This document shows, piece by piece, positions 9,543 through 18,595 of a stretch of 64,000 bases of DNA; within the stretch, counting starts at the first letter, position 1; each line of letters opens with the position of its first letter. The notes beneath the pieces were generated by a model. It saw only the letters and a list, made by a program, of their open reading frames with translations, did no database searches and was not told the DNA's origin. Source of the stretch: Candidatus Latescibacterota bacterium. GTDB lineage: Bacteria > Latescibacterota > UBA2968 > UBA8231. A program made the position numbers and the translations under genes. Location: the NCBI GenBank assembly GCA_965197905.1, contig CBDAOB010000003.1:576001-640000 (forward strand). The letters are read 5' to 3'.

Positions 9543-10442
9543 ATGAGCGCTAGCGATCGAAAACCGGTCATCGCCCCCTGCCCCGAGCAGCTCGAGCAGT
9601 CAGACATCGACCAATTTTACCAGCAGGGCTATCTGGCTTTCCAAGAGGTGTTGAGTCGGGAAGAAGTAGACGAAGCCAGAGAGGCCGTGAGTGGCATTAC
9701 CAGAGATCTGTTGAGGCGCGCCCACTCTGGTCAAACCCAGATCGAAGACGCTAGCAAGGTCGCGACGCAGAACTACTCTGGCATCCAAGTCGTGGATCCG
9801 GACAGCGGATTTGGTATCTACTTCGAAGAGGGAGTCGACCCCCTAGCATTGTCGCCTGAAGAGGCGGAAACGAAGTACCGCAAACTGTCGGGTTACCACC
9901 AGGAGCATCCGGCACTGGTCGCCCTCGTCAAGCACCGTCGAATCAAGGGATTCGTCGAACAGCTTCTAGGTGAAGAATCGGTGATGCAGGCGGACATGGC
10001 GCTGTGCAAACCGCCGTTTATAGGTTCGGAAAAACCGTGGCATCAGGACAATGCCTACTTCAACTTCCTGCCCTTGGAAAAGCGGGCTACAGCCTGGGTG
10101 GCCTTGGACGACGCGACGATCGAAAACGGCTGTATGCACATGCTGCCCGGCAGCTACACACCGTTGCGGCACCACCACACGACCGACTGTGAGATTGTTG
10201 CGGACCGGATCGACAAATCGCAGGCGGTTCCGGTGGAGCTCCGCGCCGGAGGGGTGATCTACTTCACGGCAATGATTCCGCACCAGACCCCTCCCAACCG
10301 AACCCCTCATCGGCGGCGGGCTCTGCAGTTTCAGTTTCGCGGGATCAGCACAAGGGAGGTTTCCAGGCAGGAGTTCGGCAAGGTGTTCGCCGAAGCGGAC
10401 GGCTCCCCCGCCACCTGCGCCCTGGCCCGCGAGAACGGCTGA
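9543..10442 (+). CDS. Phytanoyl-CoA dioxygenase (PhyH) family Fe/2OG enzyme
   Basis: KPWHQDN (HxD), WVALDDATIENGCM..LPGS, distal His HQTPPN, RRA. Confidence 0.9.
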   Translation: MSASDRKPVIAPCPEQLEQSDIDQFYQQGYLAFQEVLSREEVDEAREAVSGITRDLLRRAHSGQTQIEDASKVATQNYSGIQVVDPDSGFGIYFEEGVDPLALSPEEAETKYRKLSGYHQEHPALVALVKHRRIKGFVEQLLGEESVMQADMALCKPPFIGSEKPWHQDNAYFNFLPLEKRATAWVALDDATIENGCMHMLPGSYTPLRHHHTTDCEIVADRIDKSQAVPVELRAGGVIYFTAMIPHQTPPNRTPHRRRALQFQFRGISTREVSRQEFGKVFAEADGSPATCALARENG

Positions 10443-10444
10443 GC

Positions 10445-11341
10445 TCAGTCGTTCTCGGTCTTCACCTCCGTCAGCGCTTCCCGATCCTCTTGCTTCCACT
10501 TTTCCCAACGACCTTGGTCGGGTTCCTGAAAACCGCTGTTGGCACGTGCCTGCAGATGGTCGTCCGCGCCCAGTAGCCGCAGAGCCCGATGGTCCTTGCG
10601 CTCGCGGGCCCAGTGAATCAGCTGGCGGCAGTTGGGTCCGTCGAAGGTGTCGGTCTGTTTGAGCCAGGTGAGATTGTAATAGACGCTGAAGAAGAACCGG
10701 CGCTTGCCCGAGGTGTTGGGCGTGCCGGCGTGCAGCAGGCGGTTGTGGGTCAGCACCACGTCTCCCGCCTTCATATATACCACCAGCTCGTCCGGATGCG
10801 GTCGCATCTTCATTTCCTCTGGCACTTCCACCGGGTTGATGTGCGAGCCCGGAATCATCCGCAGAGGACCGTAATCGTCGGTGAGATCCTGGAGGTAGCA
10901 GATGGCGTTCATGGAGAGCGGACGCTCGTACTGACCGGTTGCCATGCCCCCCCAGCGGTCGCGATGCCAGTGGGAGGTTCGGCCCTCCGCCTCCTCTTTG
11001 GGCACCGAGGGAAAGGCGGCCAGGGTCAAGTTGTCCAGCTGCACGAACGGACCTACGACCTCCTCGGCGAAATCCAGGATGAGCGGATTGCTCAGCGCCG
11101 GCCACATGAGCGACGGCGACCGTTCCAGCATGTTTCCGAACCACCAGCTCAGCTTCTGCGCGTGAATCCCCGTCGAGGACTCCTCCAGTCGCAGCGCCTC
11201 CCTGCGCCAGCCCTGCATCTGCCCTTCGCTGTACACCCCTTCGAAGATGGTGTAGCCGTTTTTCTTGTATTCCTGCAGACGGGCGCTGTCGCCGGAGCCG
11301 GCGTTGTTCTCGACCGTGCACTTGGTAGCGGTGCTTGACAT
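10445..11341 (-). CDS. PhyH-family Fe/2OG dioxygenase
   Basis: HWHRD, YLQDL...GPLRMIPGSH, LLHAGTPNTSGKRR. Confidence 0.9.
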   Translation of the reverse strand: MSSTATKCTVENNAGSGDSARLQEYKKNGYTIFEGVYSEGQMQGWRREALRLEESSTGIHAQKLSWWFGNMLERSPSLMWPALSNPLILDFAEEVVGPFVQLDNLTLAAFPSVPKEEAEGRTSHWHRDRWGGMATGQYERPLSMNAICYLQDLTDDYGPLRMIPGSHINPVEVPEEMKMRPHPDELVVYMKAGDVVLTHNRLLHAGTPNTSGKRRFFFSVYYNLTWLKQTDTFDGPNCRQLIHWARERKDHRALRLLGADDHLQARANSGFQEPDQGRWEKWKQEDREALTEVKTEND

Positions 11342-11353
11342 TGCGGGTCGAAC

Positions 11354-12223
11354 CTACGCCTTGTCGCTCTCCACCAGATTTCCAGCAACATGTACCGGTC
11401 GGTACAAGGTCTGCCTCTTGGGAGGCATCGCCGCAACCAGCTCGGGAGGTGGATCCCAGTCGTGCCACTTGCTGTTTACCGTGTTGTAGCAGCTGAAGAT
11501 GGCGATCCGGGGCCGATCGGCATCGATCCAGGGCCGCGCGCTGTGCGTGAGCGCCTCTGTGAACAGGATCAGCGAACCCTCAGGACAGGTGTAGGAGTCC
11601 CAGATCGGTGAATCGGGCGACCACACCGCCTCCGGGGCCGGATAAACCGCTTTGTGACTCCCGGTTATCAACAGGGTGCCATTGCCCTCCGTCACGGGAT
11701 TCAACTCCCACACAACCCGGGTCAGCCCGGAGTTTGCTTTTCCGGGTATGCAGCGATACAGATGCGAATCCCCCGGTAACCGAAACATGCCGTTGCCGTT
11801 GTGCGGTTGGAAGTTGCCGTCGCCGACTTCGCGGTAGAATACCTTGGCCGACTCCTGACGAAAGCCATAACATTCCTGGCTGGAGAGCCCGGGGTAAGCG
11901 ACGAACTCGTTCATGAAGCCGACCACAATCGGATGATCCGTCAACTCTTGCAACGGTCCGGCAATGGCGCAGCGCTCGTGTTCGGGCAACGATTCGGGAT
12001 CGTGGTGCAGCTGCTCGCCGAAGGCTCTCATGTCCGCGCACTCGGAGGCCGACAAGACTCCCGGTAGCAGCAGCCAGCCGCGCATGTCGAAGAGATACTT
12101 CTGCTCTTCGCTTGGAGCTACGGCGGGAATCCCGGCGGAATTGGTCTTCGGAAGGTCTGCATCCTCCTCATTCCACCTTGCACCGAGATTTTTGTCGATT
12201 ACGAAAGCTTGGCTAGTAGGCAT
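11354..12223 (-). CDS. PhyH-family Fe/2OG enzyme with HxG motif
   Basis: KYLFDMRGWL, PHNG in place of HxD, ITGSHK, FTEALTH, RIAIF. Confidence 0.85.
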   Translation of the reverse strand: MPTSQAFVIDKNLGARWNEEDADLPKTNSAGIPAVAPSEEQKYLFDMRGWLLLPGVLSASECADMRAFGEQLHHDPESLPEHERCAIAGPLQELTDHPIVVGFMNEFVAYPGLSSQECYGFRQESAKVFYREVGDGNFQPHNGNGMFRLPGDSHLYRCIPGKANSGLTRVVWELNPVTEGNGTLLITGSHKAVYPAPEAVWSPDSPIWDSYTCPEGSLILFTEALTHSARPWIDADRPRIAIFSCYNTVNSKWHDWDPPPELVAAMPPKRQTLYRPVHVAGNLVESDKA

Positions 12224-12241
12224 GATCGTTCTGTTCGGATG

Positions 12242-12508
12242 TCATGCGTTTTGGCGCAGGTGCGCCCGCATTTTTTGCACCAGTGTCTCGTCGTCCGGAG
12301 ACGACAACACCATCTCGAAAAAATCGTCTGACGGAATCCCCACTTCCTCCAGGAAGCGCTGGTCAGCCCCTCACGGAAAGACGTACTCGCCGATGCGGCC
12401 TGCTTTGATGGCTCGAACCTTGTCGGCGATACGCGCCAGCCATGGGATGTCGCCGGTCACCAGGCCACGGGCACGCGGTCTGAAATCCAGGCTGTTCGAT
12501 TCGTTCAT
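12242..12508 (-). CDS. DUF5069-like small protein with in-frame TGA (putative selenocysteine, codon 46)
   Basis: MNESNSLDFRPRARGLVTGDIPWLARIADKVRAIKAGRIGEYVFP[TGA]GADQRFLEEVGIPSDDFFEMVLSSPDDETLVQKMRAHLRQNA. RBS GAGGAG. Fills the gap between co-directional genes. Confidence 0.8.
12328..12370 (-). promoter_or_regulatory. Putative bacterial SECIS element
   Basis: Directly after UGA: GGGG-CUGAC-CAG-CGCUUCC-UGGA-GGAAGUG-GGGAUUCC-GUCAG. 7-bp upper stem, loop starting 20 nt after UGA with G at position 2, lower CUGAC/GUCAG stem. Confidence 0.7.
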
Positions 12509-12509
12509 G

Positions 12510-13610
12510 TTATTTCTCCTCGTCAAGTCCGGCTAGCGCCGCAATGGATCTCCTGAATCCGGTGCACAGCGGATCGTCGCTGAGCGGTCTGGCGACCGCT
12601 TCGGTCAGTTGCCGCAGCCGCCACCGGGGCCGACGCCAAACAGCGAGCAGGGCCCGATTGGCGGGTTTGTCCGGATTGTCCAGAGCAGCGGCAAGCATGG
12701 CGAACGCGTTGAGATTAAAGTGGAGGTGGTGGCCGTCCAATGCCAGCGCCCTTCCGCAGCGGTCGTCGGGATTCCTGGCGGCGTAGAAACCGGCAGATTC
12801 GCGCGTAATCAATCCCACAAACTGACCCTCGTCGTACCCCGCGCCCAGGCTCGTTCCGTACTGCACCAGTCTGCGTTCCGGCCAATCCCAACCGATTTTG
12901 GCGAACTCGATGAAACAGGGCCGGTGTGTGTTTTCCTCAACGACGATATTCCGGGCGTTGTAGTCCATACACCCCAGGGTTGGGAGACGCGAGCCAAGCC
13001 GCTCGTTGATGGCGCGCAAGAGATCGATCAGATGCCGGATCTCTGCTCCGGTCGCACCCAACCGTCGTGCGAGATTGTCCACACCTTCTTCAGCGCCCAG
13101 CAACGACCCCCCATCCCTCGATGTCAGCTGGCGGCGTGTTCCCGCCGGGGATGTCAGGGGGATGAGCTCTCTGCGCCGTGCGGCAAAAGCAGACTCGATC
13201 TCACAGAAACCATCGATGACGGATCTATTCAGTTCCGCGCTCGCGGCCGGAATAGTCTGACAGAGATCGTCGATGGTCGACCGGCCGCGGTGCTCGAAAA
13301 AGATGAATCGGGTATCCGGAACTGTGCCCAACACGCGCGGCACCGGGCAGTTCGCCGCCGCGAGCAGTTCCAGCACCTTTTCTTCCACCGCCAGCAGGTC
13401 GTCGGGTGGACCGGCGCAATCTGCAAACACCTGGTGCTTGGCGACCACCCGTTCGCCACCCACCATCTCCACGTCCCAGACTCCAGCTGAGATTTCGGCG
13501 ATTCGAGCTACGGCCGGCGTCTCCGGAAAACAGGCTGGAACCCGAACTCGCAAGTAACCCTCGACGGAGCTCGGCGTTATCCGAGGTTCGGTATGTGGAA
13601 GGCAGTTCAC
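12510..13610 (-). CDS. Aminoglycoside phosphotransferase (APH)-fold kinase-like protein
   Basis: VVAK, E..VL.LL....CPVPRVL, CMDYNARNIVV (catalytic loop), FIEFAKIGW (DFG-like variant). Confidence 0.7.
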   Translation of the reverse strand: MNCLPHTEPRITPSSVEGYLRVRVPACFPETPAVARIAEISAGVWDVEMVGGERVVAKHQVFADCAGPPDDLLAVEEKVLELLAAANCPVPRVLGTVPDTRFIFFEHRGRSTIDDLCQTIPAASAELNRSVIDGFCEIESAFAARRRELIPLTSPAGTRRQLTSRDGGSLLGAEEGVDNLARRLGATGAEIRHLIDLLRAINERLGSRLPTLGCMDYNARNIVVEENTHRPCFIEFAKIGWDWPERRLVQYGTSLGAGYDEGQFVGLITRESAGFYAARNPDDRCGRALALDGHHLHFNLNAFAMLAAALDNPDKPANRALLAVWRRPRWRLRQLTEAVARPLSDDPLCTGFRRSIAALAGLDEEK

Positions 13611-13981
13611 GGATCGTCGAAAAGGATAACGTGGGAGGTGAGCTTTCCAGCCTGATTGTTGTAGAGTGGATTTTCGTTCATGGCCAGGTGGAGAACTCCT
13701 TCCTGTTCCGATATGAAATCATGGCGGCTGCCGACCGCGAACACCGGATAGTCGCCGATGCGGGCGATCAGAGCGCCCACATTGGTTCCCGGTAAGAGAT
13801 ACTCGGCCCCGGCAGTGTGGTTGTATACGCCGTCTGCCCCGCACCAGACGATCTGATTGCGCATGTCCGGTGACCAGACTTCCTCGGTGTCGATCACGAC
13901 CCGCTGTCCTGCACGGATGCGGATCAAGGTGTCCTGCCATTCCGGACTCGGTCGCACGGTGCGAGCAATGGTAACTGCCAC
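13607..13981 (-). CDS. LecA/PA-IL-like galactose-binding lectin-fold protein
   Basis: WQDT.IRIRAGQRV, GADG, GALIARIG..PVFAVG, GVLHLAMNE...NN.G. GTGA overlap with next gene. Confidence 0.65.
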   Translation of the reverse strand: MAVTIARTVRPSPEWQDTLIRIRAGQRVVIDTEEVWSPDMRNQIVWCGADGVYNHTAGAEYLLPGTNVGALIARIGDYPVFAVGSRHDFISEQEGVLHLAMNENPLYNNQAGKLTSHVILFDDP

Positions 13982-14104
13982 GATTCCTGCGTTCGGGTGT
14001 CGGTTCTTAGCAGGTAAAAGAAACGCCCACAGTCAATCCATTCAAGGACCGAACTGTGGGCGTATGCGTAGGTGTGGTTGTAATACCGGTTCTGTAACAG
14101 GCCG

Positions 14105-15139
14105 CTAAACGAACTGGTCGTCCGAATCGCCGCGGACGATTGTAACCTGGCCCTGTTCCTCCAACTGCCGTACTTGCTGCACGATGCGCAGCTGCACCTC
14201 TTCCACTTCGCTCAACCGCATCGGGCCCTGAAACTCCATCTCCTCGGTGATGAAGGTGCGAACCCGTTCCGACATGTTTCCCAACACCTTGTCCTTCAGT
14301 TCGTCGTCGGCACTCTTGAGCGCCACCACCAGGTCTTTCTGATCGACCTCTCGCAGCAAGGTCTGAATTTCCCGGTCTGTGAGCTTCACGATATCGGCGA
14401 ACACGAACATCAGATTTCGGACCGCCTCTGCGATCTCAGGATCTTGGGCATCCATCTGGTCCAGCACGCTCTTTTCCACGCTGGAACCGGTAAGGTTGAG
14501 GATATCGGCCACCACCTTGGGACCACCCACGTCCTGATCTCCGCCCAACATGTCGCGCAGGGACTGCTCCAGGGCTTCCTCGATCTCTTTGATCACGTTG
14601 GGGGTGATGTTCTCCATCGTCGCCAGTCGGTAGGCCACATCCGCCTGCAAGCGCTCTGGAAGCTGGGCCAGGATTCCTGCCGCCTGCGCCGAATCCAGCT
14701 GCGAGAGAATAAGCGAGATCGTCTGGGGATGCTCGTTCGAAATGAAGGGAGCGATCTGGTCGGCGGCGACGTTCTTGAGGATATAGAAACCGGAGGACAC
14801 CTTGCTCCCCACCCGTTCCATAATCTCCTGGGCACGCCGCGGTCCCACGGCGCGTTCCAGCGCCGCCCGCCCGAAATCTATACCTCCCTGCGCAATCCAC
14901 TCGCCGGCCATAAGGTGCTGCTCGAATTCCTCCAGCACCCGGTCGATTACTTCGGTCCCGATATTTTTCAGTGCCGCAATGGCCCCGGTAATCTCCTCGA
15001 TCTCGAAATCGCTGAGGTGTTTCATCACCTCACCGGAGACCTCCTCGCCCAGAGCAACCATGACGATTCCAACCTTCTGTCGTACTGGGAGTTCAGGCTC
15101 ATCGTCCTCTCCCTGTTGATCGACATCTGCTTCTGCCAT
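14105..15139 (-). CDS. fliG: Flagellar motor switch protein FliG (orphan)
   Basis: GGIDFGR.ALE, EHPQTI, GGPKVVADILN, MFVFADI, ALK, NMSER, GPMRLSEVEEVQ..IV..VR.LEE.G. Confidence 0.93.
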   Translation of the reverse strand: MAEADVDQQGEDDEPELPVRQKVGIVMVALGEEVSGEVMKHLSDFEIEEITGAIAALKNIGTEVIDRVLEEFEQHLMAGEWIAQGGIDFGRAALERAVGPRRAQEIMERVGSKVSSGFYILKNVAADQIAPFISNEHPQTISLILSQLDSAQAAGILAQLPERLQADVAYRLATMENITPNVIKEIEEALEQSLRDMLGGDQDVGGPKVVADILNLTGSSVEKSVLDQMDAQDPEIAEAVRNLMFVFADIVKLTDREIQTLLREVDQKDLVVALKSADDELKDKVLGNMSERVRTFITEEMEFQGPMRLSEVEEVQLRIVQQVRQLEEQGQVTIVRGDSDDQFV

Positions 15140-15296
15140 AACCTTCGATCCTTGGTATCTGATCAACCTCGGTCACACGAGACATTCCAGGTTGATCGCA
15201 TTCATCAATATCGGGTTCTATTGTACTAAACTTCAACCAAAAATTCTATACGTATTTGGATAGGACGATTTCTACTCGAGAGAAAGGGACCGAAAA

Positions 15297-17210
15297 TCAG
15301 GGTGAAACCGCCGGATCGCGCGACCAATAGGTGCGATATATCTCTCGGGCAGCCGAGGAATGAGACCCCTTCGAGCTCAGCAGCTCCAGATGCCCGATAA
15401 CCCCGAGACGTTCCGCTTCGGCAATCCCATAGCGCTCGAAGGCCTCCCTGTAGGCGGTGCGGGCGTCGTCATAGGCACCGTCAGCGAGATGACACAACGC
15501 AAGGTTGAAGTGGGCAATGCTGTGCGGGGCCCGGGCGAGCACGAGGTTGTATTGTTCGACGGCGGCACGGGGCCTGTTGGCCGTCAACAATGCCCAGCCG
15601 AGATTGATCCTGGCGGAGAGCCGCTCCGGATCGAACCTGAGCGCGCGTTCATACGCTTCGATCGCGGCCTCGAACTCCAGGTTCTCGTAGTGGCCGTCTC
15701 CCGCGTTGTGGTAGGCCTGGGCGATCAATGCCGCGTTTCCCGAGGCGTATCCCGAGATAGCGGTCAATCTGGCGTTCGCCAGCCCCCGCACCAGCGAATC
15801 GGGATCCATCGACCTCGAAACCTGCTGGTAGATGTGGAGCTTTGCATTCTCGGGAAACCGTGTCGTCGCCGTCTCCAGCATCGCCCGCACCTCTTCTTCC
15901 CCACTCCCGATAAGCAGAAAACAGAGACGGTCGTAGGCGTCCTCCAGATCGATGAGGTCCGACTCCATAGCCACGGACTGCCGCAGACGATCGATGCCGA
16001 TGGCTATCTCGTTCCGGGCTACGTAACTCCGGGCGGAGGTGTAGAGCGATATCGCTTCCGTCCGTTTGAGCGCCACGTAGCTGCTGAAGACAAGGCCGGC
16101 AAGCCCGACACCGAGAGCGAGATTCTCCCAGTGTCCGAATCGACGTGCGACGAGCCACAGCCCGTGTGCCAGCAACAAGGAGCTGCCCGCGGTGGCGAGA
16201 TAGAGATACCGCGAGGGACCCGCCGGTAGATTGACAACGATCGCCTCGTTGATGATTGCGAACGGTACCAGCGCGAATAAGGTCCAGCATGCGAACACCG
16301 CCTCGGGAACCGCCCGACGACCCGCGATCGCAAGCAGTGCTACCAGAACGGCACCTCCCGCATACAGCTCCCACTCGGCCAGGCGGTACAACGGCATGGG
16401 CACCCAGTGGGCCGTGGTGAAGGTTCGACCAGCAAGCCACAGCAGGACCCGCCAGAACTCCAGGGACAGCTCGGCGGCGCCATCGGTGCCATAGGTCAAC
16501 AGCGCCTGCCCGGTGCTGGTATCGCTGGAACTGCTGGCCAGCAGATAGGCCGTCAGAGGCAGGTGGACCCCCACAGCAACGACTAGCACCCGCCAGTGAT
16601 TCCTGAGCGTTAGCCGGGAGGAAAACCCCCAGTAGATACAGACTGGCAGAACCGCGCTGGCGGCGAGGTGCGCCATGGTGGCTGCCGACAGCAGAATGAC
16701 AAATGCCATGACCCAGCGCAACTGCTCGCTGGCGAAATATCTGCCACAGCAGATGAGGGCGCCCAGCCCCAGTGCCAGGGCCAGGGGATAGTCCAGGGCC
16801 GAGATGTGGTGCACCGCCCGGAAGTGGGCCACGTTTAGCAGAAAAAGCAGCGATCCGGTGCAGGCTAGTCGACGCTCAAGCCCGGCCAGATGCGCCCATG
16901 CCGCGAGCAGAATGGACGCAGCTGCGTGCAACGCGACTACGAGGAGGTGAAACCAGAACGGATCGTTGCCCCAGACGAGATAGGCCAACCACTTGATCAG
17001 CTCCGCCAGCGGACGACCAAATGGTTGCTGCTTTTTCACGGCGAAGAAGACGGAGAAGTCTTCGCTGATGGCGACGTTGTCGTGGAAGGTTTCGGCGTCG
17101 TGGGTGTCCAGGAGGTGTTCGCTGAGGCTGCCGAAACATATCCCCGCCACGACGGCGGTGAGCAGACTGAAAGGGATCCAAGTCCCCTTCACAGTGAGGG
17201 GCGCTGGCAA
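15297..17210 (-). CDS. Multi-TM GT-C-like (TMTC-like) protein with C-terminal TPR repeats
   Basis: Many TM segments, DTHD, GRPL, FHLL...LH, SRYLYLA, C-terminal TPRs (AYHNAG, ARINLG, AHFNLA). Confidence 0.75.
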   Translation of the reverse strand: MPAPLTVKGTWIPFSLLTAVVAGICFGSLSEHLLDTHDAETFHDNVAISEDFSVFFAVKKQQPFGRPLAELIKWLAYLVWGNDPFWFHLLVVALHAAASILLAAWAHLAGLERRLACTGSLLFLLNVAHFRAVHHISALDYPLALALGLGALICCGRYFASEQLRWVMAFVILLSAATMAHLAASAVLPVCIYWGFSSRLTLRNHWRVLVVAVGVHLPLTAYLLASSSSDTSTGQALLTYGTDGAAELSLEFWRVLLWLAGRTFTTAHWVPMPLYRLAEWELYAGGAVLVALLAIAGRRAVPEAVFACWTLFALVPFAIINEAIVVNLPAGPSRYLYLATAGSSLLLAHGLWLVARRFGHWENLALGVGLAGLVFSSYVALKRTEAISLYTSARSYVARNEIAIGIDRLRQSVAMESDLIDLEDAYDRLCFLLIGSGEEEVRAMLETATTRFPENAKLHIYQQVSRSMDPDSLVRGLANARLTAISGYASGNAALIAQAYHNAGDGHYENLEFEAAIEAYERALRFDPERLSARINLGWALLTANRPRAAVEQYNLVLARAPHSIAHFNLALCHLADGAYDDARTAYREAFERYGIAEAERLGVIGHLELLSSKGSHSSAAREIYRTYWSRDPAVSP

Positions 17211-17250
17211 TGTCAGCTCGTGTTCGGTATGCAGATGCTGCCTTGTGCAC

Positions 17251-18498
17251 TCAGCGGGCTGTCTCGACCGCGGGTTTTTCGTAGACTAGCTTTCCCGCCT
17301 TGAATACCCGAAGAGGATCACGCAGCGCATCCAGTGACTCCAGGGGATTCGTCGAAAGCATGGTCAGATCGGCTCGGTATCCTTCCCTGACCTCGCCCAC
17401 TTCACCCAAACGCAGCAGCCTCGCGTTGCCGCACGTGGCCATGGCCACAACCTCGGGAACCGGGATGCCGGCTTTTTCGTAGGTGAGCAGCTCGTCCACC
17501 AGCGAATCGAACGGTGTATCGGTGCAGCCGCAGTCGGTGCCTGCCATCATATCGATGCCGAGTTCGTAGAAGTGACCCGTATTGACGAGACGACCTTCCA
17601 GCCGCTCCACGGCCGCCAGATCGGAAGGGTTGTGGGAAGCGCCCGACTCACGGAACCGCTGCGCCGTCTGCAGGGCGCCGTATACCGTAGGCCCGATGGC
17701 GATGCCCGCGTCTTTGATGCGCCGGGCGATCTCCTCGTTGTAGCGGTATACCCCGGGCGGCTCTACGAAGGTAGCGTGTTCGATCATAGGGAGGCCGGCG
17801 GCGATGGCTCTTTCGATGCTCTCGGTAGCGTGGCAATGCGCGGTGGTGGTCAATCCATTGGATTCCGCGAAAGCGGCAGCCTCGCGCATCAGCTCGAACG
17901 CCAGATCAGCTTCGTGGGGCACCGTACCCGGGGTCAATCCACCGCCAGAAGCCATCAACTTTACGAACCCAGCTCCCTGATCCAGCAGCCAATCGAGTCT
18001 TTCGCGCAGCTGTCCGAGGTCGGCCACCTCGCCTCCGAAAAAGTGGCAGTGACCTTGGGGACGCATAAGCGCGTATCCGCAGGCAATAATGTGCGGACCA
18101 ATAGCTTCGTCGCGATCGATTTCCGCCTTGAAGGAAAACATCAGCGGCGCCGGTGCGCCGGTATCACGCATGGTGGTGATGCCGGCTGCGACCGCTTTCC
18201 TGGCATTGCCCCGGGCCCACTCCGTCCTTTTTTTGTCGCTGGCCTCGAGATAGGTGGAGCGAGGGTCGGAACCAGCATCGAGAAAGAAATGAACGTGGGA
18301 GTCGATGAGACCCGGGCACAAGAAGAGACCGGTGCCGTCGACGTTTCCGGACGCTCCCAGAACGTCGAAACTCGATCCGTTGACCGGCTGCACAGCTTCG
18401 ATGTGCTCGCCCTTCAAGAGAACATCGTGGTCTGGAAGCAGGGTCCCGGTAACCACGTCCACCACGGTTACATTGTTGACACAGGTCGTTGCACTCAT
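17251..18498 (-). CDS. Metal-dependent amidohydrolase
   Basis: PGLIDSHVH, GITTMRD, VKLMASGG, AHCH, IEHA, AGTD, GYRADL. Confidence 0.9.
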   Translation of the reverse strand: MSATTCVNNVTVVDVVTGTLLPDHDVLLKGEHIEAVQPVNGSSFDVLGASGNVDGTGLFLCPGLIDSHVHFFLDAGSDPRSTYLEASDKKRTEWARGNARKAVAAGITTMRDTGAPAPLMFSFKAEIDRDEAIGPHIIACGYALMRPQGHCHFFGGEVADLGQLRERLDWLLDQGAGFVKLMASGGGLTPGTVPHEADLAFELMREAAAFAESNGLTTTAHCHATESIERAIAAGLPMIEHATFVEPPGVYRYNEEIARRIKDAGIAIGPTVYGALQTAQRFRESGASHNPSDLAAVERLEGRLVNTGHFYELGIDMMAGTDCGCTDTPFDSLVDELLTYEKAGIPVPEVVAMATCGNARLLRLGEVGEVREGYRADLTMLSTNPLESLDALRDPLRVFKAGKLVYEKPAVETAR

Positions 18499-18595
18499 CG
18501 CGATCTCCACAGCGAGGATGGGTCGGAACCATCGATTCTTTGAGCAAGCTAACCGCAGGCGAAACGCGCGGCAATAGCATCCGGGTGATGCCCAC

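Noticed and set aside
9966..11468. 500-aa minus-strand ORF, and other long shadow ORFs (14174..15229, 22108..23040, 23785..24879, 42702..43649, 44070..45554)
   Set aside because: Alternative-frame or antisense shadows of well-supported genes in GC-rich DNA, with no recognisable motifs.
12371..12373. Genome-wide TGA reassignment (code 4 or 25) as the explanation for the in-frame TGA
   Set aside because: TGA terminates many clear genes in the window at their expected ends, and Trp is encoded by TGG.
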